DNA from: an uncultured virus (IMG/VR IMGVR_UViG_2850639881_000002) | Taxonomy: Duplodnaviria > Heunggongvirae > Uroviricota > Caudoviricetes | Virus record (IMG/VR): IMGVR_UViG_2850639881_000002 | Reading direction: 5' to 3' (one strand) | DNA length: 64,000 nucleotides | In this document: piece after piece, positions 20,758 to 30,374 of the stretch | How the letters are laid out: each line of letters begins with the position of its first letter | Numbering within the stretch: position 1 is the stretch's first letter | Translations under genes and position numbers: made by a program | Notes under the pieces: model-generated | What the model was told of the DNA's origin: nothing | Seen by the model: only the letters and a program-made list of their open reading frames with translations | Databases searched by the model: none

Positions 20758-21165
20758 ATGCGCCGCATACTTGCCGTCCTCTTGATTGCCGCCACGACCG
20801 CTTCCGCCGCCGCCGCAGGTCAATCCGGCAAGCCGCGATATTTCGTCAAGGCCTGGCTTCAAAAGGCCGACAAAACCTTCGAGCACACGACCAGTTGGTG
20901 CGGTCCCGACCAGCATTGCTTGGTTCCAATCGGGGAGGACATGATCGAACTACGCGAGTTGTCCGGCTCCAGTTACTATCTGAGGTTCATTTCCGCTTCG
21001 TCGGAGGACACTCCCTGTTGCGTCTTCCGCAACGGCTCCCGCGAGGCGCGTCTTGAGAGCGAGTACCCTCGTGTTGCAACACTTTATTACAGACCGGAGA
21101 TATGGGGTGGCCGAGGAGTCACGAAGTTCGGTAGGCTCATCATCGTCGTCGAGGACCTGTACTAG
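20758..21165 (+). CDS. secreted hypothetical protein, paralog A
   Basis: Signal peptide; PRYFVKAWLQKADK core shared with the next ORF. Confidence 0.75.
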   Translation: MRRILAVLLIAATTASAAAAGQSGKPRYFVKAWLQKADKTFEHTTSWCGPDQHCLVPIGEDMIELRELSGSSYYLRFISASSEDTPCCVFRNGSREARLESEYPRVATLYYRPEIWGGRGVTKFGRLIIVVEDLY

Positions 21166-21291
21166 GGTCGAAACGGCCGTGCAGTTGATCAACCGGCAGC
21201 ACTTCGATAGCGACCATGTCGATGCTCCCTCAAATTCAATCGAGAAGCAGCGGTCTGCGATGCTTCCACCCGACATAGGTAGATCGAAAAC

Positions 21292-21732
21292 ATGCGTCCG
21301 CTCTTGGCTGCCTTCCTTATGGCCGCTTCACTCGCGCCCGCCTTCGCGGCGAACCAGAGCGGCGAACCGCGCTACTTCGTCAAGGCCTGGCTCCAAAAGG
21401 CCGACAAGAGTTTCGAGCACGCAACCGGTTGGTGCGATGGCAACGACCTCTGTTTGCTTCCGATTGCGGAGCATATGATAGAACTGCGTGAGGTGTCGGG
21501 CGACAGCTATCTGCTTTCCTTCAAATCCGCTCCCCCCGAGCCTAAACCCTGCTGCATATTCCGCGACGGCTCCTTCCAGATATGGCTCAGAAGCGGTAGC
21601 CCTCGTGTCGCCGTGCTCTTCTACCCACCCTATAAGCGGGGCGAAGTTCGCGTCACCCAGTTCGGCAGGCTTATCATTGCGGTCGAGGTCCTGAACAAGC
21701 CGAATCCGGTAACGCCGGCTTTACGCCTGTAA
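21292..21732 (+). CDS. secreted hypothetical protein, paralog B
   Basis: Signal peptide; same four Cys and FGRLII end. Confidence 0.75.
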   Translation: MRPLLAAFLMAASLAPAFAANQSGEPRYFVKAWLQKADKSFEHATGWCDGNDLCLLPIAEHMIELREVSGDSYLLSFKSAPPEPKPCCIFRDGSFQIWLRSGSPRVAVLFYPPYKRGEVRVTQFGRLIIAVEVLNKPNPVTPALRL

Positions 21733-21753
21733 GCACGAGCGCCGAGAGGTTTC

Positions 21754-21859
21754 CTACTGCATGTCTCCTTAAATCGACTTCGATTTAAGGACAAAGACAT
21801 GCAGCAATTCAAAGTGCTACAGCACGTTTGCGCGCCTGATAAGGCGCGCGGCGCTGCAG
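21754..21859 (+). repeat. palindromic mosaic repeat, copy 3
   Basis: Near-identical to 649..754. Confidence 0.85.
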
Positions 21860-22876
21860 TGCCCTCCGGCAAGTAAGAGTTCGGTCCGAACAGCACTCTC
21901 AAGCAAGCTTTCAGCGTAAGCCCTTGCTTCCGCCGGGCTCATATAGCCAGGTCCCGGGGCAAGCAGAGTATGCCTCTCAATCCTGGCTACCCCTACTCAA
22001 CAACCATTGCTTTGCTTCTCCGCCCGCAATCCGCACTCTGGCAATCGTCGCGGCCGGCGATGCTGCCGTTAGCTCACCTGCCCTCTTGGAAGGCATGCAT
22101 GAACCTCGCGTCGTAACGCTTCCGAACCGCCCTGCGGATTCGGGTCGACGCGAAAGGCGCATCGCCGGCCGCATACGACGCCGCTACGTCTCAAGACGCG
22201 CAGGTCGCCGTAAGCTTGATCTGATAACACTTGAGAGGAAGTCTGGTGCGCCCCTCGCTAGAGGCGGGGTGCCTGCATCAATCACTGGGAAGGCACCAGC
22301 GAGATGAGGACAAAATTCCTATCCTTGATTTATGGAATACTCCAGCAGACCTTCTCATGCAAGCCCCGCTCAGCGGCGGGACGCTCAATTTGGGATTTAG
22401 CCACAGAATTCTGTGCTCCGGTGTAAACCCCGCAATCGCGAATGCCGCCCCAATGGGATCCACGTTCCTCACCGGGCCGAAACGGCAAAATCGTCCAAGC
22501 ATCTTATTATACAAACGTATATTATAAACTACTTGCATAATACTTTAGGCTCTGTTTCAATCGCCAAACGGCTGATGCACAAGGGCTGGGCCTAGGTCTT
22601 TTGAAGAATGCTTCAAACCGCATGACGCTATCTAATACCCCCGGCATCGCACGATTTGCGGACGCTGGCCTGATGCTCGCTCCGGCGAGCCGTACTATCA
22701 TTTGAATGCTGTTGGCAGCCAACGCTTGAAAGCTGACAGTCATATTTGAACTGACTGCCAAGACGCGGTGCGAACCGCAATTATTTTAGAACCAAAACAT
22801 ATTACCCGCGTCCCGGCCGCGCCGGGAACAGAAAGGCCCTCAACGCATTGCCTTCGCGGGAGAAGGAGTTGTTCAC

Positions 22877-23071
22877 ATGCGCAACCATTGGATCTATGTC
22901 GCCATCGGATTTGTCGCTGGCGCTGCACTGTTTCTCTCCACCGCCTGGCAGCGGACGCCGCCGGTCCAGGAAGTCACCCTAAAGCTCGAAAAGACCAGTC
23001 GTCTGCAAGCCCCCACCATCCAGACGTCTTTCGTGATGGAGCGCTTCGGTCCTGCCAGGGCGGTAGAGTAG
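22877..23071 (+). CDS. small membrane-anchored hypothetical protein
   Basis: AAGGAG RBS; N-terminal TM. Confidence 0.7.
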   Translation: MRNHWIYVAIGFVAGAALFLSTAWQRTPPVQEVTLKLEKTSRLQAPTIQTSFVMERFGPARAVE

Positions 23072-23095
23072 CAACTCAACGGCTGCCTCGCCCTC

Positions 23096-23197
23096 CTGCA
23101 TGTTTCCTTAAATCGTCGCCGATTCAAGGATAAGAAGATGCAGCAATTCAAAGTGCTGCAGCGACCTCTACGTCTGAAAAGACGCGCGGCGCTGCAG
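23096..23197 (+). repeat. palindromic mosaic repeat, copy 4
   Basis: Near-identical to 649..754. Confidence 0.85.
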
Positions 23198-23277
23198 TGC
23201 CCTTGCGTTTCGTCGGCGGATGGGCAAGGTACTGGCGCCGACCCATCCGGCCGGCGCGAGAAGCGAGGGAGCCTGCC

Positions 23278-23457
23278 TTGAATTCTGACGAGAAGCCCGC
23301 TGCGACGATCAGGGTCGAAAAGCGCATGAACGGCCGCTGGGCCTTCGCGCTCACCTATCGCGGCGTGACCTACCCTGCCCAAGGCCAATTTGGCAGCCAG
23401 CTGCAGGCGCAAGCTGCGGCCCAGGCCGCGATGAAATTGCTTGAGAGGCGGGGCTGA
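23278..23457 (+). CDS. small hypothetical protein
   Basis: TTG start with GGGAG RBS; plausible beta-beta-alpha product. Confidence 0.5.
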   Translation: MNSDEKPAATIRVEKRMNGRWAFALTYRGVTYPAQGQFGSQLQAQAAAQAAMKLLERRG

Positions 23458-23485
23458 AACGGCCCCCACCGGTTCGCCATGCGTG

Positions 23486-23887
23486 TCAGTCGTAAGGCGA
23501 ATTGCACTGACGGCGGCGGCCGTTGAACGGCTGGTAGGAGTTGTCGTCCGGACGGTACGAGCCGTAGCGCTCGAGGCACCAGCGCAGATGGGCATTCAAA
23601 TCGAGGCGAATCTCGCGGCGGGGGCGAATGCGCGGCCCGACTGTTCCCGGCAAGGGCCCGCCAACCGTCGCTCCTGGCCCTACGCCGATGTCGGGCCTTT
23701 GCCCCTGATAGCGCGACGCGCCATAGCTTGGATAGCGCGGCAGGATAAAGTCCCTGTATTGTCGCTCGACGAAGAGCTCATGCTTGGAGGGCCCGCCGCA
23801 AATGCCGATGCACGTTTGAGCCCCTCCCGGGGCGGCACCGGCCACCGCACTCCCAAGCGCCAAGGCAATGATAAATGCTCTTCTCAC
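23486..23887 (-). CDS. BA14K family protein
   Basis: Signal peptide; HLRWCLERYGSYRPDDNSYQPFNGRRRQC. Confidence 0.88.
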   Translation of the reverse strand: MRRAFIIALALGSAVAGAAPGGAQTCIGICGGPSKHELFVERQYRDFILPRYPSYGASRYQGQRPDIGVGPGATVGGPLPGTVGPRIRPRREIRLDLNAHLRWCLERYGSYRPDDNSYQPFNGRRRQCNSPYD

Positions 23888-24107
23888 TGGCTTCTGTCTC
23901 GCGCAACAGTCCCGCTACGCGCGCCTCTTCAGGGATCGCGCCGGAGGGCGCCTTGGTCGATAGTAGCAGAATGTCGACCGTCCCGCCCCTCAATTTGTTA
24001 AGCTGGCCCATGGCGGCGACACCGAAACGCAAATCGACACGGACGACGCTGACCGCCTCGTTCCCGAGGCGGGCAGTCACTATAACGAAGACTCGCCTAT
24101 AGCTTGC

Positions 24108-24608
24108 TTATAGGTAAGGCGAAACGCACAGTCGACGCGGCCCATAATAGGGCTGATAAGTGTTGTCGTAGGCCCGATAGGACCGATAGCGCCCATAGCA
24201 CCAGCGGACATGGGGGTTACTTCCGGCATAATATCGCGGTGCCGAATTGTACCTTGGCTGCGCCAGCAGCCCGCCGATGATCGCGCCGGCCGCAAGACCG
24301 CCGAACAGTGCGCCTATATCATCGTCGTCGTCATCGTAGTGTCGGTAGTGATGGCGGCGGTATCCGTTTCGATAGTACCGGTTGCTATAATGCCCACGCC
24401 GATAGTCGCGCCCGCGAAAACAGGGATATCGGCACCCGCTCCCTTTGAATTGTTCACCCCGTTCATAAGAGAACTGAACCCGCTGAACATCGGCGGTTTC
24501 CGATTTTACCGTCGGCATGGTGGGAAACGCCCCTGCGGGCGGCGGAACGCTGCTCATCGCCGTCGCCAGCGACAGGGCAATGATTGCTAGCCTCTTCATT
24601 GCCATCAC
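24108..24608 (-). CDS. BA14K family protein
   Basis: [10 protein letters not shown] and [29 protein letters not shown]. Confidence 0.9.
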   Translation of the reverse strand: MMAMKRLAIIALSLATAMSSVPPPAGAFPTMPTVKSETADVQRVQFSYERGEQFKGSGCRYPCFRGRDYRRGHYSNRYYRNGYRRHHYRHYDDDDDDIGALFGGLAAGAIIGGLLAQPRYNSAPRYYAGSNPHVRWCYGRYRSYRAYDNTYQPYYGPRRLCVSPYL

Positions 24609-24770
24609 CTTTCTTAGGATCTTTCATCCCTTCGATAGAGAGAATGGCTGAATTCCGCATTTGTGCCAGCGCTTGGAGAGCGATCACGAAGTGTTGATCT
24701 CCCTCATTACCGTTGGCTCGACCGGACTGGTTCGGTTCAGCCTTCAGTCCGGCACACGCACCAGCATTGA

Positions 24771-24790
24771 AATAGGATAATAATCCTATT
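24771..24790. promoter_or_regulatory. inverted repeat AATAGGAT-N4-ATCCTATT, putative operator or late-promoter element
   Basis: Perfect 8-bp arms at the 3' end of the putative antiterminator gene. Confidence 0.5.
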
Positions 24791-25406
24791 CTTGCGCAAG
24801 CAAATGATCCCTCTCCCCGTAATCGCACAGGCCCTTTTCGAAGACGAGGGCGTTCAAACCCCGCTTGAGCCACAGCAATTGTGCCTCCGGCATCATTCGC
24901 AGGCCTTCGTAGTCCATCACGCAGACGTTGAAGACCGTGGTTTTGACCTGCCGCCCCTCGTCGCACCCGAGCAACACGCCATCGAGCCGCATCATTCTTT
25001 CTGTCGCCCGCTTTATCTGACGATGGTGCTCCTCGGTCGTCTCGGCGGGATGCCCCTGTACCCGGTCGATCGCTTGAGCGCGTATGCTCGGGAAAGGGAT
25101 GCCGGTCAGGTGATAGTATCTTGCCATCACTCTCCCATAGTCATCGCCCGCTGCCCGCTGCGCTTCCGTGATCCGCCCATCGAGGAAGAGGCGTCCCAGC
25201 GTGTAGCCGGCAAAGCAGCTGCTCGTTTCGAGCCCATGCATGCGCTTCCTCGCCGCCAGCGCGACCGCCATGGCCTCCTTCTCGCTTTCGCGCTTTGACC
25301 AGTCCGGCTTGATCTTGCCGCAGGCGAAGCGCTCGGCATTCGATTTGCGCGGACGTCCGAGCTGCGCCTTGCGCTTCGCACGGAGTTTCTGAGCCTTGCT
25401 CATCAT
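24786..25406 (-). CDS. putative late regulator / antiterminator (DUF6456/GafZ-like)
   Basis: LGRLFLDGRITEAQRAAGDDY and LKRGLNAL resemble the DUF6456 pattern; occupies the Q-like position. Confidence 0.5.
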   Translation of the reverse strand: MMSKAQKLRAKRKAQLGRPRKSNAERFACGKIKPDWSKRESEKEAMAVALAARKRMHGLETSSCFAGYTLGRLFLDGRITEAQRAAGDDYGRVMARYYHLTGIPFPSIRAQAIDRVQGHPAETTEEHHRQIKRATERMMRLDGVLLGCDEGRQVKTTVFNVCVMDYEGLRMMPEAQLLWLKRGLNALVFEKGLCDYGERDHLLAQE

Positions 25407-25542
25407 TGATTTGTCCTTTCGATATTATCGGGGCGAGGAAGAAAGCGCGACCGGGTCCCCGGCGCGCTCTAAATCGGGAGCCGGCGGGCATCAGGATGCG
25501 CTGCAGGTGATGAATTGCTTTAAAGCGGCGATGGGCGGCCGA

Positions 25543-26040
25543 TCACGGCACAGGGCGATTCACGGCTGCGAGCACCGTCGTGTGGTCGCGATGAAAGATG
25601 CGGCCGATCCTCGGTAGCGACAGATCTCTCCGCTTCTCGTAGACCGCACGCATGCAGGCATGCCGGGGTTTCACCAACCGACGATCGCGCCGGACGCTGA
25701 CAATGTCCGCCCACGTCACGCCAGGAAAGTCCGCGAGCACCGCCGCAACGATCTCCTCGATCGAGGATCTGTCGCCATCCGCTTCGTCGTCGTCATCCGC
25801 CCGACGACCTGACAGCAGCACTTGAGCTTGCGCGAGCAGCCGCGCCTGAGCATCGGCCAAATCGTCTTCCAACGCAGCTATTCGACGCGCTTTTGCGGCG
25901 TTCTCCGTGGCGAGTTCAGCCAGCTGTGCCTCCAGTTCGGCGATTGCGGACCATCGTCCTGAGTTGCCCGCGGAGAGGACCAGTCGCTCACGGACCGCCA
26001 GATAATGGCGATGCTGCCTTGTGAGTTGCGAATTGGTCAT
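25543..26040 (-). CDS. coiled-coil plus DnaA C-terminal-like HTH protein
   Basis: RRLVKPRH..DLSLPRIGRIFHRDHTTVLAAV; AAGGA RBS. Confidence 0.8.
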   Translation of the reverse strand: MTNSQLTRQHRHYLAVRERLVLSAGNSGRWSAIAELEAQLAELATENAAKARRIAALEDDLADAQARLLAQAQVLLSGRRADDDDEADGDRSSIEEIVAAVLADFPGVTWADIVSVRRDRRLVKPRHACMRAVYEKRRDLSLPRIGRIFHRDHTTVLAAVNRPVP

Positions 26041-26348
26041 GCGCTTTTCCTTCCTGCTGTCCCGAGCCCATGACCCTCTGCCGAATCCCGGATCTCCCCG
26101 GAAGCAGCACGGGGCCACATCAATGGTAGACGCGGGCAGCAAACGCAGCCGTCCATAGCTTGCCCGCTCACTGTACCGTCCTCTCGGTGCTCGATGGCAC
26201 GCTGGGCGACTGCATCCTCTCCTTCGGAGATCGGATATGGGTAGTTCATAGGCGATTGTCTCCCCTTGACCGTTCCACCCATGAATGACACCATGCATGT
26301 TGTAATGTCAACATGATTTATGTTACACGTGTTGCTATGCTTCATGTC

Positions 26349-27038
26349 ATGAACGAAAAAGCTGAACGATTGCGCCAGGCACGCATTACTGCGGGGTACC
26401 GCTTTGCCTCCGATGCGGCGAACGCCCTTGGCATCGTCGCCTCGACTTATCGCGCCCACGAGAACGGCCAGAACGAATTTGAGTTTGCCGAGGCCAAGAT
26501 CTACGCGCGCAAGTTTAACGTCGATCCCGTTTGGCTCATGGGTGACGCAGCGGGCGCAGAGATCGGCATCCCGATCCCGACCCCTAAACCGCGAGCGGTC
26601 GATCCACCGAACGCCACCGTTATCGAAAAGGTGGTCGGACAGGCCAGGAAAATCCCTGTCTTCGGCCAGGCCGTAGGCGGTGTAGATGGTGAATTTCTGA
26701 TGAATGGCAATGTGTTGTACGATGTCCTTGCGCCACCGATCCTTTCGGACATCTCCGGAGCCTATGCGGTCTCGATATCCGGCGATTCGATGTCTCCCCG
26801 TTACGAAGACGGCGAAGTTTGTTTCGTCGACCCCAGTCGTCGCGTGAAGAGGGGCGACTATGTGATCGCCCAGATTCGCCTGGAAGAAGGCGGCGCCCCG
26901 CTCGCTTACGTCAAGAAGTTCATTCGACACAACAGTTCCGAACTGGTGCTTGAGCAGTTCAATCCTCAGAAAGAACTGCGTTTCGAAGCCCACACGGTGC
27001 ACTCCGTCCACTACATCGCGCTCGCCGGCAACGCCTGA
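26349..27038 (+). CDS. XRE-HTH/S24 peptidase (CI/LexA-like) repressor
   Basis: N-terminal HTH, AVGG cleavage region, catalytic GDSM and YVKK. Confidence 0.9.
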   Translation: MNEKAERLRQARITAGYRFASDAANALGIVASTYRAHENGQNEFEFAEAKIYARKFNVDPVWLMGDAAGAEIGIPIPTPKPRAVDPPNATVIEKVVGQARKIPVFGQAVGGVDGEFLMNGNVLYDVLAPPILSDISGAYAVSISGDSMSPRYEDGEVCFVDPSRRVKRGDYVIAQIRLEEGGAPLAYVKKFIRHNSSELVLEQFNPQKELRFEAHTVHSVHYIALAGNA

Positions 27039-27209
27039 AGATCATTGCGTCTCTCGCGCCATGCAACTTTCACGCTTTGCAATCCTCACTCATGGTGATA
27101 CAACACAAAACGTTGACATTATTCGTGTTGTAATCGATGTTGCCTCTTGATGAACAAACATCACAGCCGCGGAGCGGACGCTGCCGGCTGAGACAAGGAG
27201 GAACGGCAG

Positions 27210-27536
27210 ATGTCCATCCCACGCATAAAATCCAATCTCCACGATCACGTGGAGGAACTCTTCTCGGCCGATTTGCTGCGATCGAGCGACGCCGAAAACC
27301 AGTCGGCGCTAAGGACGTTTCTCTCCTCCACCTATTCGAGCCTCGCCTCCCTGGCATGGCATTTGGGCGCCGACGGTGACGTTTTTCAGCGCGAAGCCGT
27401 ACCCGCGTCGGAAATCACCGACGACGCTTTCTTTGAAATAGTCCGCGAGCGCGAGTTTGCAGGCGCGCGGGCCGACAAAGCCGAAAGCTCACATGGAACA
27501 CATAATCATCGTCAGCAGTTCGGGAGGTCCTTCTGA
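27210..27536 (+). CDS. hypothetical protein
   Basis: AAGGAGG RBS; TTGACA promoter and inverted repeat upstream. Confidence 0.7.
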   Translation: MSIPRIKSNLHDHVEELFSADLLRSSDAENQSALRTFLSSTYSSLASLAWHLGADGDVFQREAVPASEITDDAFFEIVREREFAGARADKAESSHGTHNHRQQFGRSF

Positions 27537-27811
27537 TGCGCGCCGAGACCTATGCCGTCGTCAATCTCGCCGCCTTGAACCTCATCGAGGCGATTAGCGC
27601 CGCCTATTATGTCACCGAGGAGGAAGCTGCCGCCCGCCACGAGTTTCGCGCGCGCCAGATGCTGAAGAAGGTCGCCGCCGCATTGGGATACGAAGTGGCC
27701 ACGGCCGTATGCACCGATAAAGCCGTAGACGACCCTAAGGAAGGTTGCTTTTCTGCCCATCCCGGCCTGAGGCTCGTGCCCATGCCTCATGAAAGGAAGA
27801 TTGAGATATAG
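27536..27811 (+). CDS. hypothetical protein
   Basis: TGATG coupling to the previous ORF. Confidence 0.6.
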   Translation: MRAETYAVVNLAALNLIEAISAAYYVTEEEAAARHEFRARQMLKKVAAALGYEVATAVCTDKAVDDPKEGCFSAHPGLRLVPMPHERKIEI

Positions 27812-27845
27812 TTGCGCCATGTCCAAGGTCGCGGCTGGAGCGGAC

Positions 27846-28340
27846 ATGATCGGCGACGTCTCGGAAAGATCCTACGAACCATTGGCATTAGCGGATCTGA
27901 GGATGATTGCCTCGGCCGCCATGCAAAGTCTCAATGCTGTGTTTGATCGCGCGAGAGTGGCCGGCCTCTATCGCAATCGTCTGCTCCTGCTGGCCCTCGC
28001 GCAGGGAAGCGCGCTCCACTACCTCAACGGCACGAACGGCATAAAAGATTTCGACGTTTGGGCCTACTTCGAGGCCGGTCCCGCAAAACCGTTTCCGCAC
28101 AGGAAACGATGGTGCAGCGATCTCGGCCCAACGCGCTTCGGCAGACATCCCGACGATCTCGGCTATTCCGGCCGCCGCCTTGATGTCATGGGCCGATCGA
28201 TCGAAGTGGTCAGCGGCGAAAGCGCCGAGGACGCCGTGCGTCGATGGCTGGCCTCCAGCGCGAAATCAGCCGTCGCCCTACGGCAGAAGCCGGTGTTCTG
28301 CCTGTTCCCCGAGAGTTCCTTTAGCAAGCGCATCAACTAG
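27846..28340 (+). CDS. putative nucleotidyltransferase-fold protein
   Basis: QGSA..GIKDFDVW resembles the GS..DxD signature. Confidence 0.5.
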   Translation: MIGDVSERSYEPLALADLRMIASAAMQSLNAVFDRARVAGLYRNRLLLLALAQGSALHYLNGTNGIKDFDVWAYFEAGPAKPFPHRKRWCSDLGPTRFGRHPDDLGYSGRRLDVMGRSIEVVSGESAEDAVRRWLASSAKSAVALRQKPVFCLFPESSFSKRIN

Positions 28341-28357
28341 CCTAAAGTTCCGGTCGG

Positions 28358-29056
28358 TCAGTCATCGTCCGGAGGGCACGGCCACTTGTCAGGCGCAGTA
28401 AGGCCAGCGGGAAGCTTCGTTGCAGCATCGCCACAAGCGAGATCGACTTGATCCTGCGTAAGACCCTTTGCAGCCGAAAGGTCTAGCCCCTCAATCCTCG
28501 TCAGAAACAGAAAGGCGCGGTCGAAATCGATCGGGCCCTCGAAAACTGCGCCGCTCAAATCGGCACGCGACAAATTGGCCACGGAGAAGCGCGTTCCGGT
28601 CACAACGGCCTTGCCGAAATTGGCGCGGCCGAGTTCGGCCTTCTCGAAATCGGCTCCCGTCAGCCGCGCCCCGGTAAAATCGGCGCGCTGCAACTCGGAG
28701 CTGACGAACAACGCACCCTCGGCGGAAATGCCGGAGAAGTCGCCACGATAGCCCTCGACTCTGGAAAAGTTCGCTTTATCGGCCTTGGCGCCGGCAAGCG
28801 AAGCCCGCACCAATGTGGCCTTCTCCAGATTTGCCGCGGTGAGGTCAGCGCCGTTCAGGTCCGTGGAGGCAAAATCCGTATCGACCAGATTGCCGCCTTT
28901 CAGATCGCTGCCGCCGAGCATCAGTTGCCGTTTGTTGCAATCCTGCCAATCCGCCCCAGGTCCCGGTAGGCTCTTGCAATCCGCTGCCTCCGCGCTGCGG
29001 GCAAGGCCCGATGCGGCGAGCGCGACCAGGCATAAAATGATGCCGCGCCGTTTCAC
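28358..29056 (-). CDS. secreted pentapeptide-repeat protein
   Basis: A(D/N)LxG/ANFS repeats; signal peptide. Confidence 0.9.
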   Translation of the reverse strand: MKRRGIILCLVALAASGLARSAEAADCKSLPGPGADWQDCNKRQLMLGGSDLKGGNLVDTDFASTDLNGADLTAANLEKATLVRASLAGAKADKANFSRVEGYRGDFSGISAEGALFVSSELQRADFTGARLTGADFEKAELGRANFGKAVVTGTRFSVANLSRADLSGAVFEGPIDFDRAFLFLTRIEGLDLSAAKGLTQDQVDLACGDAATKLPAGLTAPDKWPCPPDDD

Positions 29057-29253
29057 GGCCCCGCTTGCCCCCCCTGCATGCTTGGTCGATGCCGCTGCCC
29101 ACAAGACCATGTCAATCCGCCCCCAAGGGATGTCATTTTATTATCCAACGCGCTGCGACGAAAGCCGGTTGCCTTCCTGTGCCGAGAAAAGGATGACCAA
29201 GGCGTCCAGCATCCGCCGGATTGGGAGTACCCATCGCGGCTCTTGCCGCTTCC

Positions 29254-30246
29254 CTATGCCTCGACCGCCTGGATCGCGGAAACCTGCCAGTCGCCGCGCA
29301 GCTTGCGCACGAAAGTCCACAACTCCACTGCTTCGGTCGGATGCTCGGCATCTCCGCTGACGACCCGGCCGGTTGCCCGATCCCGCATCACGTCGATGCT
29401 CTCATAGCGCATGGCGACAGTTGCATAGTCGGCGCCGCTCTCGTTCCAGGCCTCGGCGACATCGCCCTGAACCAGATGAACGTCGCGGACATCATTCTTA
29501 AGCCCATTGGTCGCGTTTTCGCCGAGCTCTTCAGCAAGGTAGGACATGGCCTCCGGGGTCGTCAGCCGGCGCAATGCGGCATAGTCTTCCGCCGCGTAGG
29601 CCGCCTGCAACTCCTTCAGCATCGTTTCGAACCGGTCGAGATCGCGCTGCTCGATGCCGATCTCGTCCGTCTGCGCTCCCACGGCGGACGTGGACGCTGT
29701 CGCAGAGGTCGCGGCGGCGCTCGCATCGAGGCCACCCGACCCCTCGCCGATTCCTGGAATGCGGAAGGACGACGGCGCTGTTGCGGCTGCTGAAGACTGT
29801 ACCGAAGACCTCGCATAGGCCGGGCTCCGCCCGCGGCCAAACAGCCGCATCGCGAAGGTAACGACGAGGAAGATCAGGCCAAGCTGCAGCAGCAGGCCCA
29901 GGAAGCCGATGCCGCCGCCAAACCCGTGACCGAGCAGCATGCCGAACAGCCCGCCCATCAGCAGTCCGCCCAGCATCGAGCCGCCGAAACTGTTGAAGAA
30001 GCCGGGACGGTTTGCCGTCCGGTTCTGCGTGGTCGGGCTGGCGGCGCTCGGCGCGTTCTGCCGCGGCGTCATGGTCCGCTCGATCGGCGCAGCCGAAGTG
30101 GGCGCCGTGCGCGTTACCGGTGCGGTGGAAAAGGTCCGGCTGCCACGGGAGCCGAATCCACCCCCGGCGCGCCGGGCTTCGGCGACGTCAACCACCGCCA
30201 ACATGACCACGAGGGCAACCGCCATTAACGACAGAATACGCTGCAT
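29254..30246 (-). CDS. Tim44 domain-containing protein
   Basis: GGGFGSRGSRT, Gly-rich TM, ELWTFVR..WQVSAIQ. Confidence 0.9.
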   Translation of the reverse strand: MQRILSLMAVALVVMLAVVDVAEARRAGGGFGSRGSRTFSTAPVTRTAPTSAAPIERTMTPRQNAPSAASPTTQNRTANRPGFFNSFGGSMLGGLLMGGLFGMLLGHGFGGGIGFLGLLLQLGLIFLVVTFAMRLFGRGRSPAYARSSVQSSAAATAPSSFRIPGIGEGSGGLDASAAATSATASTSAVGAQTDEIGIEQRDLDRFETMLKELQAAYAAEDYAALRRLTTPEAMSYLAEELGENATNGLKNDVRDVHLVQGDVAEAWNESGADYATVAMRYESIDVMRDRATGRVVSGDAEHPTEAVELWTFVRKLRGDWQVSAIQAVEA

Positions 30247-30374
30247 CTTTGTGCTTCCCATTTCAACTCCCGACCGCGATGCGGCCATGCAAGGCGCATA
30301 TAGCGCTTGCGGGGCGAGAGTTTAAGGGTTTTGGTACGAATTATAAAAGGACGCGGAGCGCAACAATCGCGACG

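Larger units (their letters stand above)
826..27811 (-). mobile_element. domesticated/defective podovirus-like element (GTA candidate)
   Basis: Repressor-regulator-terminase-portal-capsid-tail-lysis order without integrase or replication genes; boundaries approximate. Confidence 0.75.
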
